DNA of 61,862 bases, filler included, from Choristocarpus tenellus KU-1152 (Eukaryota > Protista > Phaeophyceae), in assembly GCA_964200185.2 (NCBI GenBank). It is 11 parts of 11 records of this genome, joined end to end, with 100 filler letters (N's around TTAATTAATTAA, not from the genome) between each part and the next. Parts side by side here need not be neighbours in the genome. Positions count along the whole stretch, not along the records: positions 28,051 to 30,943 come from CAXNAD020023855.1; positions 31,044 to 41,323 come from CAXNAD020003018.1; 9 more parts are not named here. One strand, written 5' to 3'. Each line of letters begins with the position of its first letter. The first letter of the stretch is position 1. Under the pieces are notes generated by a model that was given only the letters and a program-made list of their open reading frames with translations, did not search any database and had not been told where the DNA came from. This document shows, piece by piece, positions 28,058-41,290 of this stretch. The translations under genes and the position numbers were made by a program.

Positions 28058-28280
28058 TATCTGCCGCGAACTTCTTCACACAGGCTAAGTGCTTGCAGCA
28101 GTCACCCTGCTCGTTGACCGGGATGGGTTCAGCCCATTCTCGGCGAAGTTTGGCGCCAGTCACTGAAGCGTCATTGATAGAAAGCTCCAGCGCATCATTG
28201 TTGGCGGGCTGATGAGGGGGCAACGCAGGGGGCGGCGCAGGCGACAAAAGCCACCCCCTTGCTGTGGGAGCAACTGTCAT
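28058..28280 (-). CDS. First exon of an unknown gene with a CCxxxxC motif (possible transposase N-terminus)
   Basis: ATG at 28280, GC-rich ORF ending GDCCKHLACVKKFAAD, then a GTGAGT donor at the contig edge. Confidence 0.4.
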
Positions 28281-28329
28281 GGTGTTTTCGGGCAACAAAC
28301 GGTCTTGGGCAGTGAGAAGGTCTAGGAGT

Positions 28330-29270
28330 GAATTGAATTCGAAGTCAGACATACGATGTTTGAGTTTGCAGAAACCCGTCGGACCAATATGAAATCCGTG
28401 TTCTGGAAAACGCATTTATTTTCGCTGTGATGAAATAAAAACTAGATTCTAATCTGGTCTCAGGCAACAGTCAGTCTTGGGCATGATAGAATTGAATTCG
28501 AAGCCGGGCATATGAACGATGTTTGAGTTTCGAGCGATCCGTCGGACCACCCTCAGATCCATGAACCGGAAAATATGTGTATTATGGTTTTTAGAATTTA
28601 GAAATTCGATTATATTAATAATTTCAATTTTTTTAAATACAAAGCACATACTTCATTGATCTTCTACGTTTCCAACGTTCTGAAACTAAAAGGTCACAAA
28701 AAATTGATACCCTCTGTTTTAAATACAAAATCTTATATTGTTCGACATTTGTAATACAAATGTCAACAAAAAGCGAACTTTGAGTTTCGGGCGATCCATC
28801 GGACCACCTGAAATCCATGAACAGGAAAATATGTGCATTGTGGTTCTTAGAGATTATAAATTCGATTATATCCGTAATTACATGTTTTATATAAAGCACA
28901 TACTTAATTGGTCTTATACGTTCCCAATGTTCCGAAACTAAAAGATGACAAAAAAACTGGTACCCTCTAATTTTTTTTTATACTAAAACCTATATTGTTC
29001 GACATTTGTACAAATGTCGACCAAAAGCAAACTTTGAGTTTCGGGCGATCCGTCAGACCACCCGAAATCCATGAACCGCAAAATACGTGCATTAGGGTTT
29101 TTATGAAATAAAATAATATTCTATTCTTAATATCAACAAATAAAAATACAAACCACATACTTCGTTGATCTAATACGGTTGAAATGTTCCAAAACGAAAA
29201 GGTCACAAAAAACTGATACTCTCTATCTGTTTTAAATATGAAATCGTATAATGTTCGATATACATATTTT
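28330..29270. repeat. AT-rich tandem array of ~255-bp units (3 full, 1 partial) with an internal palindrome
   Basis: TTTGAGTTTCGRGCGATCCRTCRGACCACC recurs at ~28522, 28779 and 29033, with a degenerate copy near 28359. TCGACATTTGTACAAATGTCGA at 28999-29020 is a perfect palindrome. Confidence 0.85.
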
Positions 29271-29484
29271 TTAGAACACAATTATCAACGGAAAGAGAAA
29301 TCTGGGTGCTTTGGGCACCGACCGACCAGATGAATTAAAGCAGCACCTCCCAGCACTCACTCCTCATTTCCATTCCTTCCCTTCCACACATACCACCAGC
29401 AGCTCTTTCTTATCTATCCCCGCCACACCTTCCCAATCTTCGCCAGGTCCAACATTCGCTCAACAACGACCTCCCTGCCCGCCA

Positions 29485-30266
29485 ATGGCGCTGTCCATGG
29501 ATCGAGAGCGTCGGACAGCAATGCGAAGGGCATGCCCTTGCTCCTCGAACAGCACTACCTCGGCATGTACAAGATGAAACTCGGCAATATCGCATGCATG
29601 GAAATGGTGCGTCCCCTGAGCGAGCGTGGCCTTGCGCGCATCAGCAAGTCTATCTGTGAAAAAGACTGGATCAAGCAGTTTGCTCCGTCCATCGTCATCC
29701 AACGAGACTGCTTAGGCAACGGGGACCAGCTCACCGCGGACACCGCGCTTGCTGTTCAAGGACACACACTGGACGGAAACCATAGAATAACGGTGTTGAA
29801 GAGAGAGTTTGATCCCTAACACGCTTTCATGATGCGGGTCTACATGGAGTTCAACCAAGCAGAAGAGAGGCTAATTGCCAACGGTGAGTGATGGAGTGTT
29901 GTCGTTGTTCCATGATCGCCTGATAACTCTTCTGATCTACCAAGTTGTTGCCGTGTTTCCTTTGTTTGGTTCATCGTCAGTCAGCCTGTTGTTGATCTTT
30001 TGATCCCTCGTGGTCTTTCTATCAGCAGCAACATGTTGCTCACTGCTGCCTGCCACGTGTGTCCCGCGACCGCTTCCCACCTACCCCTTGCCCCGCTCAC
30101 CCACTGCACTGCCACGCTTATAGCATTCAACGACGCGACCGAGAGTGTGGTTAAGCGCACGCTGTACGATAAGGTATATTTTCAGCACGAGCTCAAAGAA
30201 GCTATCAAGCGCCAGACGAAGAAGAAAGAAGTGTCACTAGCAAAGATCCGCAAAATATACAAAAAG
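29485..30266 (+). pseudogene. Spliced ParB/Sulfiredoxin-like (DGNHR) domain gene, disrupted
   Basis: VRPLSERGLARISKSI..W..GHTLDGNHRITVL..RLIAN|AFNDATESVVKRTLYDK. GT-AG intron 29884-30123, frameshift near 29535, in-frame TAA at 29817. Confidence 0.65.
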
Positions 30267-30442
30267 GTGAGGGAGTTGTCAACATTGGTGGGATGGTGGC
30301 GCTCTACTCCTCCTCTTCTTGGGTTACAGCTGTTGTGAAGATCTCTCTGTGTCCTCCTATTCAACCTAATTCAACCTAAGTTCAGATAGTTATCCCGCGT
30401 TTAGCAACACTGTCAACCAAATGCTTGATTTTCAGGTGACCA

Positions 30443-30741
30443 TGTAGTATGTGTGTGTGCAAAAGCACAGACGAAGTGAACAGTTTTTTCTTTCAGCACT
30501 AGGTAGGTCTGGCCGCTGAGTATCATACCCCCTCCCCCCCCAGGTAAAGCCCACTCCTTATCCGAACCATTGCGGTGTTGCCTGAGATAATAAACACACG
30601 ATGCGTCATTTTGTGAACCAAACCCTCTCCTTCGTGGGCAACCTCATGCTGTGTCTTTTTTGTATACACACGAACAATAAAAAGCGTTCTTGTTTGTTTT
30701 ATCGTTAGGCCAGGCCACTGAATAACACCCCCCCCCTCACT
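30443..30741 (-). mobile_element. 3' LTR plus polypurine tract of an LTR retroelement
   Basis: On the minus strand, GAGTGAGGGGGGGG is followed by TGTT at 30727. The putative CA end is at ~30443. Confidence 0.5.
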
Positions 30742-32659
30742 CATACATACCCCGTTGGCGTGATAATAACGATGCCTCATCCTGGCTGGCTGGGTGCATG
30801 AGTGAAATTATCTTAGAGGGTATGAGTCTTGCCCCGTTTGTCCATTTGGGGCTTGGCTTCTCATGAGTTCTTTAGTGACATTTTGCTACTCCAAAATGTT
30901 TAGGAGCAGGTAAAGTGTTTGTGTTAGGAAAAAGTGTGTCAGGNNNNNNNNNNNNNNNNNNNNNNNNNNNNNNNNNNNNNNNNNNNNTTAATTAATTAAN
31001 NNNNNNNNNNNNNNNNNNNNNNNNNNNNNNNNNNNNNNNNNNNAGGTGTGTTCGGAACAAGGATATAGACACTTACTAACAAACACAATAGCCAAAATTA
31101 CATCAAAATTGCAACATTGGATTTTGGCCACAAAATGGGCGCGGCTCTACCCTCTAAGATACTTTGGTTCAATGCTTATATTCTCCACTTCAGCCACATC
31201 CCGGATGAAAGCCCGAAATACCTTGGCAGCCTCATCCTTCGATCTCAGAAGTCGTAACCAACCCATCCCCGTCTTGTCGCAGACCATGAGCATCTCATAC
31301 AAAAATCCGCCCGGGCTGCTCACCCTAGGATTGGGTCCACTGGGATCTACGAACACCCTCCCCAAGCACTTCCCCGATCTGCACAACGTTGCCTTCAGTA
31401 CTGATTTGCGGTGAGCCTTCCCAACAGTGCACCCCTTGCAGTACTGCTGCCACTCTCTAGAGAGATGGATCCCACGTTCCTTGGCGTACCTGCGTACCAT
31501 TGCCTCATGGCAATAACCCAGCTGATGATGCATTTGATGTATGTCCATCATACTCCTAGTGGATCTCATTCCCCCACTCAGCCCCCATGGGGCAGTGACA
31601 AATGCTCCAGCCGCACCCCGCGTGAGCTCATCAAATGCCACAACATCCTCCTCTGACGTTTCTTGGGCTCCAGTCAATCGCTCCAGATCAACATGTACTG
31701 TACCCACTTCTGGGGGAGGCCTTTCCTCCTCAATAGTTCCCCCTCGGTCGATGGCATCTCCTGAAACCCCTCAAGGGTATTCACTACTGTCGCTGCAACA
31801 TCCTCCTCTGATATTGCAGTCTCCTCAGATTTTCCACCTGTGACGGTATCTCCTCCAGTCCTTGTCAGGGCGAGTGCATCAGTTTCCACCTCCCCCTCGG
31901 TTAGAACTAGTCCTGACGCTGTCATGTCAGGTACTTCAGGTAGTTGTCTTGAGGGCAGGTTAGGAATTGTCAAGAAGCTTCTTCGATTAACTTTCAATGT
32001 AACAAAATCCATAATTCTTCCCACTTGTCTTCACAAATTCCAATCCAAGTCCTCCAAAAGAAGGGGTTAATCGCAGAGAATTTTCTCCTTTCCAATATAA
32101 TTCTTCCCGAAATTGTTTCCCCGCTTGTATCATTGAGAAGAGATCGAATTTACAATTTTGCAAGATGAAGTTTGAAATTTCCTCATTCTATACAAAAGAT
32201 AGTGAAATCACCTATGGTTGAAAATTGTAGGACCTTTCCCTCCCCAACAGTCACCGATATCCCTACCACAGGTTTTGGATCTATCAGAGCAGTAGGATTG
32301 TTCGTCATATGAACCGAACACTCACTGCCAAAGAACCAAAGTTCATCCACTTCCACAAACTTCCATCATTGCTCACCGATGAGAATCCTCCAAGCTGAAC
32401 TGGTATGCCATTTGCTTTGTGTTCATCACCAGCTTCACCAGTGTTGCTTGCGCTGCCACTCCCCTTCCCTTTACCATTCTTCTTCTTCTTTCGGGGAGTT
32501 TGTCCAGACAATCGTTGACCCAGCGAGTTTGGGACAACAGTAAGCCTTGTGTCCTTTGGTTCCACAGACATAACAAGAACCTGTGTAGGATCCAGAACGA
32601 GACGAAACAACGGTGGGAAAGGAAGATTGAAAGTGTGGTCCTCCACACTGCCAGCACTC

Positions 32660-32917
32660 GAGTGAAAGTATCTTAGAGGATACGAGTTTTGCCCTGTTTG
32701 TCCATTTGGGGCTTGGCTTATCAGGAGTTTTTTTATGACATTTACCTACTCCAAAATATTTAGGAGTAGGTAAATGTAGACATTATGAAAAGGTGTTTCC
32801 GGAACATGGATATTGACACTTCCTAACAAACACGATAGCCAAAATTACATCAAAATCGCAATATTGGATTTTGGTCCCCAAATGTACGCAGCTCTACCTT
32901 CTAAGATACTTTGGGTC
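32660..32917. mobile_element. MITE family 2 (~255 bp), TSD ACTC
   Basis: ACTC|GAGTGAAAGTATCTTAG..CTAAGATACTTTGGGTC|ACTC. Other copies: 17925-18057 (partial), 20365-20638 (diverged), 30800-31170 (across a gap), 38782-39039, ~41927-42180, 42353-42610. Confidence 0.9.
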
Positions 32918-33295
32918 ACTCCACACGTCTTTACTGCCGAGCCTTCTGAAAACCAGCAGTTCCACGTTTCGAATGGGGACCTCCCACCATCAATGCATCG
33001 CTATTATTTCCCATTCGTCGTTCAAGCTGTCGTTTACGAAGTTGGCAGGTTTCGCGAATTCGTTGTTGTAAATCCATCCTCACTACTCATCTGCATCCTG
33101 TGACCTGTCGAATCTCGATCAAATATTCATCGGTCAAGCAATTGTGCATGGCACTCAATTGCTCCTCATCACTCGGTTCATCATTCAGGGATCGCATTTT
33201 CTTCTTCACAATGCTGTCCAACTCCGCAATGACAGTGGACGGATCCTCTCCAGCAGATAGATGTAGCGAATTTAGCTTTGATCTCATGGTTGACC

Positions 33296-33425
33296 TTTCA
33301 GTGATACTACTTCTCCTAAAGTGATTCCTTAAAGCTTGCCTTTCAGTGATACTACTTCTCCTAAAGTGATTCCTTAAAGCTTGCCTTTCAGTGATACTAC
33401 TTCTCCTAAAGTGATTACTTAAAGC
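33296..33425. repeat. 45-bp tandem triplication within Copia gag
   Basis: Encodes AL(S/R)NHFRRSSITER three times. Confidence 0.9.
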
Positions 33426-34569
33426 TTGGAAAGCTTTGGAAGGACTGACATGGTTGCTCGCCACTTGTTGCGCGAACCCATCCAAAGTCATCACCAGAGC
33501 AGCCATCGTCATACTCACCTTTTCGATTTCTCATTCGGACCATCTTGAATAGTCGTAGGAATCGCTGCTGACTCTAATGTGATCATCAGATAACAACGTA
33601 TCCTTCCAGCTGCCCATGGCCGCACACGAAAGGAATTTTCGCTCAAACATGGCAAATCCATCAGCATCATCGTCGCCACTGTAGACCTTAAACTTTGATG
33701 GCAGCGGAATCAGATGTCTTAATCTCCGTCCAGTTGGTACCCCCAGTTGCACGGCTCTTGCTAACCGCCTCTCCGTCTTCATCCTCCTCAGACTCGACCA
33801 CCTCTCCAACTTCTTCAACTGGTGCTGCAGGTGTCGTGTCTCCATACTCCGCTCTTCTCCAAGTACGTCTTCTGTAACAGACGGTCTCCTCCACCGGGAC
33901 TCTCCCTCATATCAATTAAACGCTAGTCTTGAGAACTTAGCACAATTCAATAAGTAATGCTAGCTACCATGTTAAAGGAATTGGTGTTCCGAAGACTTGC
34001 GTATGTAAATGACTCAATCAATTCCTTATTACACAGAATAGGTTGTACATGAAATAAGGAAGGTGTAAGGAAGGAGAGAACCTCGAACCTTAAAGGGATT
34101 GTCACCTTACCATTCATATTCTAATAACACGTCACTCATTCTTTGTGTCACTTGCTACAACCTTCATGCGTCACTCAAATAACACCTCACTCACTTAACA
34201 CGGCACCCATTCTCTGTGTTGCACTATAACAACCCAGATAATATTCTCATAATTATTCAACAGTAAAACTTTCCTCTCAATTTTCCCGTTATTGAAAAAT
34301 AATCCAACAACTGATCATTTATCCTACGAAATCTTCTTTTCACATGAACAAAAAGCATATTCTTAACAGTTCTCAAGCATCCCCGCCTTCTCCATAGGGC
34401 CTTTCTCTCTTTCAACTGCAGGGAATATTGCTCGGGTTCTTCCTTCCTCCATTCCGATGAAATCTTGCTTGGGGGTCGTCTTGATCTGGCCCTCCTCGTC
34501 CTGCCACCCCAGCCCCAGGTTTCCTCTTCTATTCAATTCTATCCATTCCTTCTGCATTCCTGCCTCCAC

Positions 34570-34821
34570 CTGCCAACCATTTTCTGCAACCTCTAGGAAC
34601 TTTGACGTTTCTTCTATAAGGTTACGTATGCATTATGAATCTTAATGTGCATCTTCTAAGGAATCAGCCTTTATTCTGTGAAGCTACCTATGTCCTACTA
34701 ATCTCGTATACTGCTCGCGCTTGTTAGAACACGAGGAGAAATACTCGCGCTATTCACCTATAACAAATGCTCACGTTTGCTAGAACATGAGAAGAAATGC
34801 TCGCGCTATTCGCCTGTAACA
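34570..34821 (-). repeat. Dispersed repeat with terminus TGTTACAGGCGAATAGCGCGAG and a ~56-bp subterminal duplication
   Basis: Copies at ~44990-45164, 47794-47855 and 50605-50680. The TGT terminus fits an LTR or a Ginger-type end. Confidence 0.7.
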
Positions 34822-36849
34822 TTCACGCATACTTCCTGTCCACAACATGTTCCCCACACTGGAAGTCGTTACCTCATACCCTTCCATTTGATACATATAT
34901 TGTTGTATATTTGTTGGGGCTACGTTGTGAAAACAAGAAGAAACGCAGCAAAACCACTTTCGGAATATATTGCATTCTTTCCTTCAGCATGCAATTGCGC
35001 AACTACAATCATATTCTATCTTATAGTTGATATACTCAACAAATGAAAAAAACGTTTGGATTTCACATCAGACCTCCTCATCATAAATTGTTTATTACTA
35101 CAAAACTAGATCTTTACAAGACACACGTGGGTGTGGGACACATAGAACAACCAAATTATACCTAAAAAAAATTAGGTTCTGATTTTTTCTCGTGAGAAGG
35201 ATGGGATCCCATTTTTTCCACCTGTTTTTTAGAACAATGAATAACTAATCATATTTGTGTGTGAAGAGTGTGTGTGAAGTGAAGGGGTTCGGGGGTAGTT
35301 ATTCAAGTTAGATTTTGCACATATACCATGTGATTTCCGTACGCATTTCTCACTCCCTTCATAGTTGGGGGTGGTGTGTAAGTGGGAGTGAATTCCACAT
35401 TCTATGCATGATAGGCCACAAGCGCACTGGGCAAGGACGTATCTCTATCCAGTAAGGTTGGTTTCAAAACGTTTGTCACAGTAAGTCACGTTGGACAATG
35501 TGGGGAGAAGTCTTCATTATTAAATTATTTCAGCTGGAGGTTCGGTTCCAACCCACCTTCGAATGAGGTATTTGTGGTTTTGTAATGGGGCCTGGTTCTG
35601 TGTGATGGGGGGTGATGAGAACCGCCAGAGATGAGGTTCTGAACGGAAGTGAAAGATGAGACTGAGTCATGTTGGGTGTATGTTGAAAACCTCAGAGTGC
35701 TATGTGGATCAATCTTCAATGTGATTGGTTGTGACCAGTCAGAACAGAAAATACAATCTCAGTTTTGGTGGTTTGAATCCACCATTAATGTTGGGGTTGC
35801 TGTGTGCCAGTCGTGCGTCTAACCCACACCACATCACTTGGCCTGACCTCAATTGCAAAAGGTGACACGCGCAAATAAATGTATATGACCGCACGTATTA
35901 TCCTCATCCACATCGGAGGTCCCAAAAAAGGTGCCCTGTCCCTAACATTACCCCTCCCCCAGTGTGGATTCTATCCAACACGAACACAAAAGTGACTGGC
36001 CTGCACTTCATGTCGGACAGGTCCATCTTTGGAAGGAAAATATATATAAAAACATCCTGTCTAAGTCAACTCAGGGCAAAGAAAAATGAAAAGGTGGAGC
36101 ACTAGTGGTGATCAGCCCTAGGTCGCACTCTACTCCAAGTGAAATCTGTGTTAACTGGTGGAAAGCGCAGTGAGAAAAATGGCGTGGACCTGCCTGTCTC
36201 CCACGTGCCTTCTGGGGATCCGAGTGGATGAAGCACAGTATCACCACAGCTTTGGTACAACAAGTCATCTATTAGGGAGTGTTGTGGGGATAGTATCAAG
36301 GGTGGTTGGAAGACTCATCATCCCTTACTACCACCTCTTCTTCAACAACTTGCCTCCAAGGTGCTCTTGGACAACCAGAAAGTTGGACATTAAATATTTT
36401 GTTGTAGGCACATTTATTAGTTAAAATTACGCAAAATAGTATACCTGTGGTAAATAATATTTTGAAAAAAATCTGCACACTTCTCACGGATAGGACCAAC
36501 CTGTTTTTGTGTTTCCAGTTAAGAGCTATTTTTCTACCCCATGAGCCTCAAGTCGTCTAATAGATCAGCTCTAAAATACCACCCAGACTGAGCCATGGTA
36601 TGGTCTTCAGGAATTTATCGGCGTTGCTTCCACCGTCTTGGTAGTGAAAAAGAAACATATTCCCTATCTGTGGGATCTGGTGGCAACTCACCAGGCCGGC
36701 AACCTACTAGTTTAGAGGCATTCCTCGTACTATCCGGTCCACAAGGAGGGATATCACAAGTATTTGATGAGGCTTGGTTGCAATTAGGTGGGCGTTTAGT
36801 TTGCAGCAGTACAAATTCTTCGGCTGTTGTAGTGGCAGGTGTCTTTCGA

Positions 36850-39800
36850 TTATGACGCTTAGTCAGTGGCTCTTACATTAGGGAGGTCCAACTTGTTCTC
36901 ATCCCTATAGGCCGCGATCATCTCTGCACATTCAGATATTTCAGCGGTTTGCGCCATACATCACTGGTCGGAGAATATCCCTGAAAGCAAAAGTCGGTAT
37001 AAGTAATTGTGGGTGGTCTTTCTTCCTACACCTCGCTTATGGTCAACAGTGCCCTCTATACTGTAAGACCCAATAGTTGGCTGTGTCTTTGATCCCTGAT
37101 CAAGATCCGGTTTGGGTAAGATCCATCCTAAAAAGAGTGAATTAAGGGCATCAATGTCAGGTTCCGTGGCTGTCCCTTCCTTACAGGGTTCTAAGTCTTG
37201 CCACATGAACTGTCACTTCACATCAGTCTTCTAAGCGCTTTACGCAATAAACAACGGGTGTTAAACATGCCTTCACTTCATACAGTCCTCTCCATGGGGA
37301 CAATGGGCCCAAAGTATCCGGGGGGGGGAGGGGGGGGGTCTACACCAGGGCAAAGAAAAAGTGCACTTTCATTATCCCTCCGACGTATGGAACCAAATCA
37401 CCCAAAAGTTGCGAAATGAAAAATGACCCCAAATGGACAGCCATCACCCCCCCCAGACACTTTGAGCAATAACTTGGGATTCAGTGCATCGGCTGAAGTA
37501 TGTGGTTTGTGAAGCCACATTTTATCTCTGGGTTCGCACAATGGGAGTTTATTGTTTACGTTCTTAGATTCGTTCCTTAGAGTCATCTCACCAATATTAC
37601 GCTGGGCTAATTTGTAAGCTAGTTGTAAATATTCCACTGTTCTCGCACTGCATTCTTGTACAGTTATAGTGGCCTCAGGGACCCTCAAAATAAGATCAAT
37701 TGGTAAAATTGGGCGCCTCCCGAACATGAGAAAAAATGGGGTTTCCTGAACAGTGGTGTTATAGGCTGTATTGTGTGCTAGCCTTACAAAGGGCAATAAT
37801 GAGGCCCAATCTGGTTGGTCCATATTTGAATACATGGCCAGCATAACATGCATCATGGAATGAATACATTCACATATACTATTGCCATGCGGTCGATATG
37901 CCTTGGTCAGCGTGGAGTGTTTCAGGAGGACCGAAGATGGAAAAAATGCGATCGAAAAGAGCCTTAGCCACGGTTTATTCTTGCATATTTGTGATGCCAA
38001 CCAAGATTGCAAATCTTATAAGATGGTCTATAACGGTTAACTCATATTTTGCACCGAAAGACATATTCTTATATTTAACTAGGTCCATAGTAGCAAGTCG
38101 TTGAAATGGACGTGTAACAGGCATATGTCCGGTAGGAAGTGGAGTAAGAGTGTGAGTGGTCTTCCTCCTTTGACAGGACTGGCAAGTTTCACACCTCATC
38201 CTCACGCCTTTCTGTAAGGTTGGTCACCAAAATCTATCTCGAACCCAGTCAATATGTATTTGAAAGTAAGATGGCCTGCAACTTTATGGTCATGTAGGGC
38301 ATGTAAAATTAAACCCTGCACCTCGGTTGGGGCTACCAACTGATCGCGAAATTCTCCATTTTTTCTAAGATGACCAGGTTGGTAAGACCGCTGGAGCAAG
38401 AGTATACTCTCTCGTTCCTGAGTGAAAAAATATGACATGGCGTAGGTCATTTCCTTATATGGTAATATTACATTACTCTGGTCTGCCAGGTATTGAACAT
38501 ATGCTCCAAACTGATCATGTTGGGCTTTGGCTAGAACTGTAGTATCAATTACTGGAAAAATATTGATGGAGCAAGCAAAGAGCTCAGAGTAATTTGCCAC
38601 CCTATAGTAATTTCACCTAGTCGATCCACAGAAAATTCATAGGCGGGGTATACCTTACATACTTGAGAAGTTGCATTAGTGGTTTCTGTGCCCACATTTC
38701 GACATATAGGGGTGAGGGGTGCTGGTTTATATTAATGTTTACAGAATCCTTCCAGTTGAGGACGTGACAACATATCTGGGAGAGTCAGAGTATCTTGGAG
38801 GGTAGAGCCTCGTCCATTTGGGGGTCAAAATCCAATGTTGCAATTTTGATGTAATTTTGTCTATCGTGTTTGTTACGAGATGTCAATATCCTTGTTCCGG
38901 TCACACCTTTTCATAACGTATACATTTTACCTACTCCAAAACATTTCAGAGTAGGTAGAATGTCCTTAAAGCGTGTGGGAAGCCAAGCCCCAAATGTACA
39001 AACAGGGAAAAACTTGTACGCTCTAAGATACTTTCACTCCGATGTAATGTCATCTGGTAAGCTTATGAAGGACAGTAAATTCAAAACTCCGTAGAGCTAG
39101 AGGCCATCGAGTTAACAGATTGGATGTGTCTTGCATTATATGTAGCCACCGTAAGGCTGACTGACCACCAATAACTGTGAAGTGTTTACCCCAAACATAT
39201 GGTCTCCAGTGTTGAATTGCTAGAATAACTGCAAGGCACTCGTTTTGTGTGGCAGAATATTTCCGTTATGAGGGAGAAAGTAAAGCACTATGGTATGCAA
39301 TTATATCAAATTTGCCATCATTTTTTTGGGCCAAAAACGCCCCTATCCCCATGTTACTGGCATCTACATGCATAAAAATTTCCTTACAGAAATCAGGAAA
39401 GTGTAGCACTGGAGCCATGGTTAAAGTCGTTTGCCCTCGTCAAAACCAGTTTGTTGTGATTGATTCCATCTAGATGAGATACCATTGTGGTCTTTCCTTA
39501 ATCTCTTTGGTGAGGTGACCTTTTTTCTTCAACTGCCCTTTTGTGTGTGGAGAATCAATTCAACTAATGGTTCTGTTGCTGTTGCTAGATGAGGAATATA
39601 TTTCCTAAATAAGTTCATGGAACCTATGAATGATTGTAAGCCTTTCACCGTTTGAGGGAGATGCATGTCTAACATAGCCTCAATACGAGCTTGTGATGTA
39701 GCTATTCCTTGTAGGCTAGCATCATGTCCCAAGTAATGGATTTGCTTTGAGCCAAATTGAGCATTGGACGGCTTCAATGTAAACACTACAGTATGTAACA

Positions 39801-41290
39801 TTGACAGTACTGCAATGATCAACTGTTTATGGCGTGCCCAAGATGGAGAGGCCGAACAATATCGTATAAATATAACAACAACCCGGGACTAGTACCGATT
39901 GTCGAAAAAAATTCAGACATAAGAGTTGGGAGATCCACAGTGCGTTTTGGACTCCAGATTGTAACCTCTGCAACGCACATTTCCCATGTGGTGTGATGAA
40001 TGCACTTGTCGTTCGCATTCCTCTGTTACCGGTAGTTGCCAAGAGGCCGATTGGATATCTAAACAAGATAAATATTCTGAACTCCCAAGGCGGATAATGC
40101 TTGCCATGGATGGCTAAGGCCATGAATTACATATGAAAATGTTTATTAATGGTTCCTCTAGTTCACAAAAAACTGAGGAGATCCATGGGCTAGATGAGGG
40201 TTTTACAATGCCCTTTTTTTCCATATCAGTTACATAGTGACGAATAGAGTCGCTTTTTTTTGGTGCCGTGCGATACGGTGGTCTACTAACCTGTTTAGTG
40301 CCTGGTCGTAGTGGAAAATTAACAGAAGTAGTGGTGCAACAACCTCATTCATTTTCAGAAAATGAATAGACTGGACTGAAGTAGCCACAATACCTAGTAA
40401 TTCCTCTTGTTCAGAAAGCATCAGTTGTGTATTTGCAAAAGCCTTCTTAGAAAAACCTACTTCAAATCACCCATAGCTTTTTTTAGTTCTTCGGGAGTAG
40501 AGGATATGGCTGCAGCTGCACTTGTGGTAACATCTGAAAGGGAGTATGTGATTGACCCAGGGGAGATACGACCAACTACAAAATCACTGGTAGGTTGACT
40601 CCTTACTGAGATAGGTTGGCAATTTTGACTAAACATCCTCCATCTTCCCAAACAGTGAGGGTTCGACTGACCATAATATGTTGCCAAGTGGGGATGTATG
40701 TCGTCCTCTAGCTGAAAGTCTGTGGCAGTATGAAAGATAGGTTCCACCACTGTATCGGTAGCTGTTCCTCTGAGTGCCTGAGAACAAGCTGGGACAGGCG
40801 TTTCCATTCCAGGGGAAAGGTGTATATTTTTTACTGTATGCACTGGTGTAGTGAACTCAGGTGTGATCGCTGAAATTGAAATATCAGATCTGGAGTTTCA
40901 GTCCGACAAACATATATTGGGGGGGAACAGATGGGAAGGGGCTTAATTTTGTGATTTGCTGGAATGCATTTATCACTGTCTTTAAAAAACATTTCCTCTC
41001 TATCCCAATCTAGCACCACCAGAAATGCCGACATGATGCTGTTATCCAATCAAATGTTTATCTACTCCCAGATCAGGTATGACAACTGCTTTGACCGGCA
41101 TTGACATGTCACCAAGTGGTAGTGTAAATTGAATTAAAAACTATGATGAACAGATAAAGGTCTACCACCTGCCCCTTTTATTTCAGCGAGTCTGCTGGAA
41201 TCTCTCGAATGGGGGCCTTGCAAAGAGTTGGGTCGGCTTCAATGTATCTGAGTGATATTATTGGAATCTCAGTAGCAGTATCAACAGTAA
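36850..41290 (-). mobile_element. Ty3/Gypsy pol relic (protease, RT, RNase H, integrase, chromodomain-like tail)
   Basis: LSCLDIQSASWQLP, IHYLGH, VKGLQSFIG, VDASNMGIGA, CQSCQRRK, TKAYRPHGN, ETPFFLMFGRRP, YSIEGTVDHKRG. Two MITE insertions. Confidence 0.9.

Larger units (their letters stand above)
31171..34262 (-). mobile_element. Ty1/Copia relic: 5' LTR, PBS, gag, zinc knuckle, protease, integrase N-part
   Basis: LTR TGTT..AACA at 33970-34262; PBS TGGTAGC (iMet-like); CYVCGTKGHKAYCC; CSVHMTN protease motif; HHQLGY..CKGC and RVFVD.SGP. Frameshifted and interrupted by a MITE. Confidence 0.85.
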
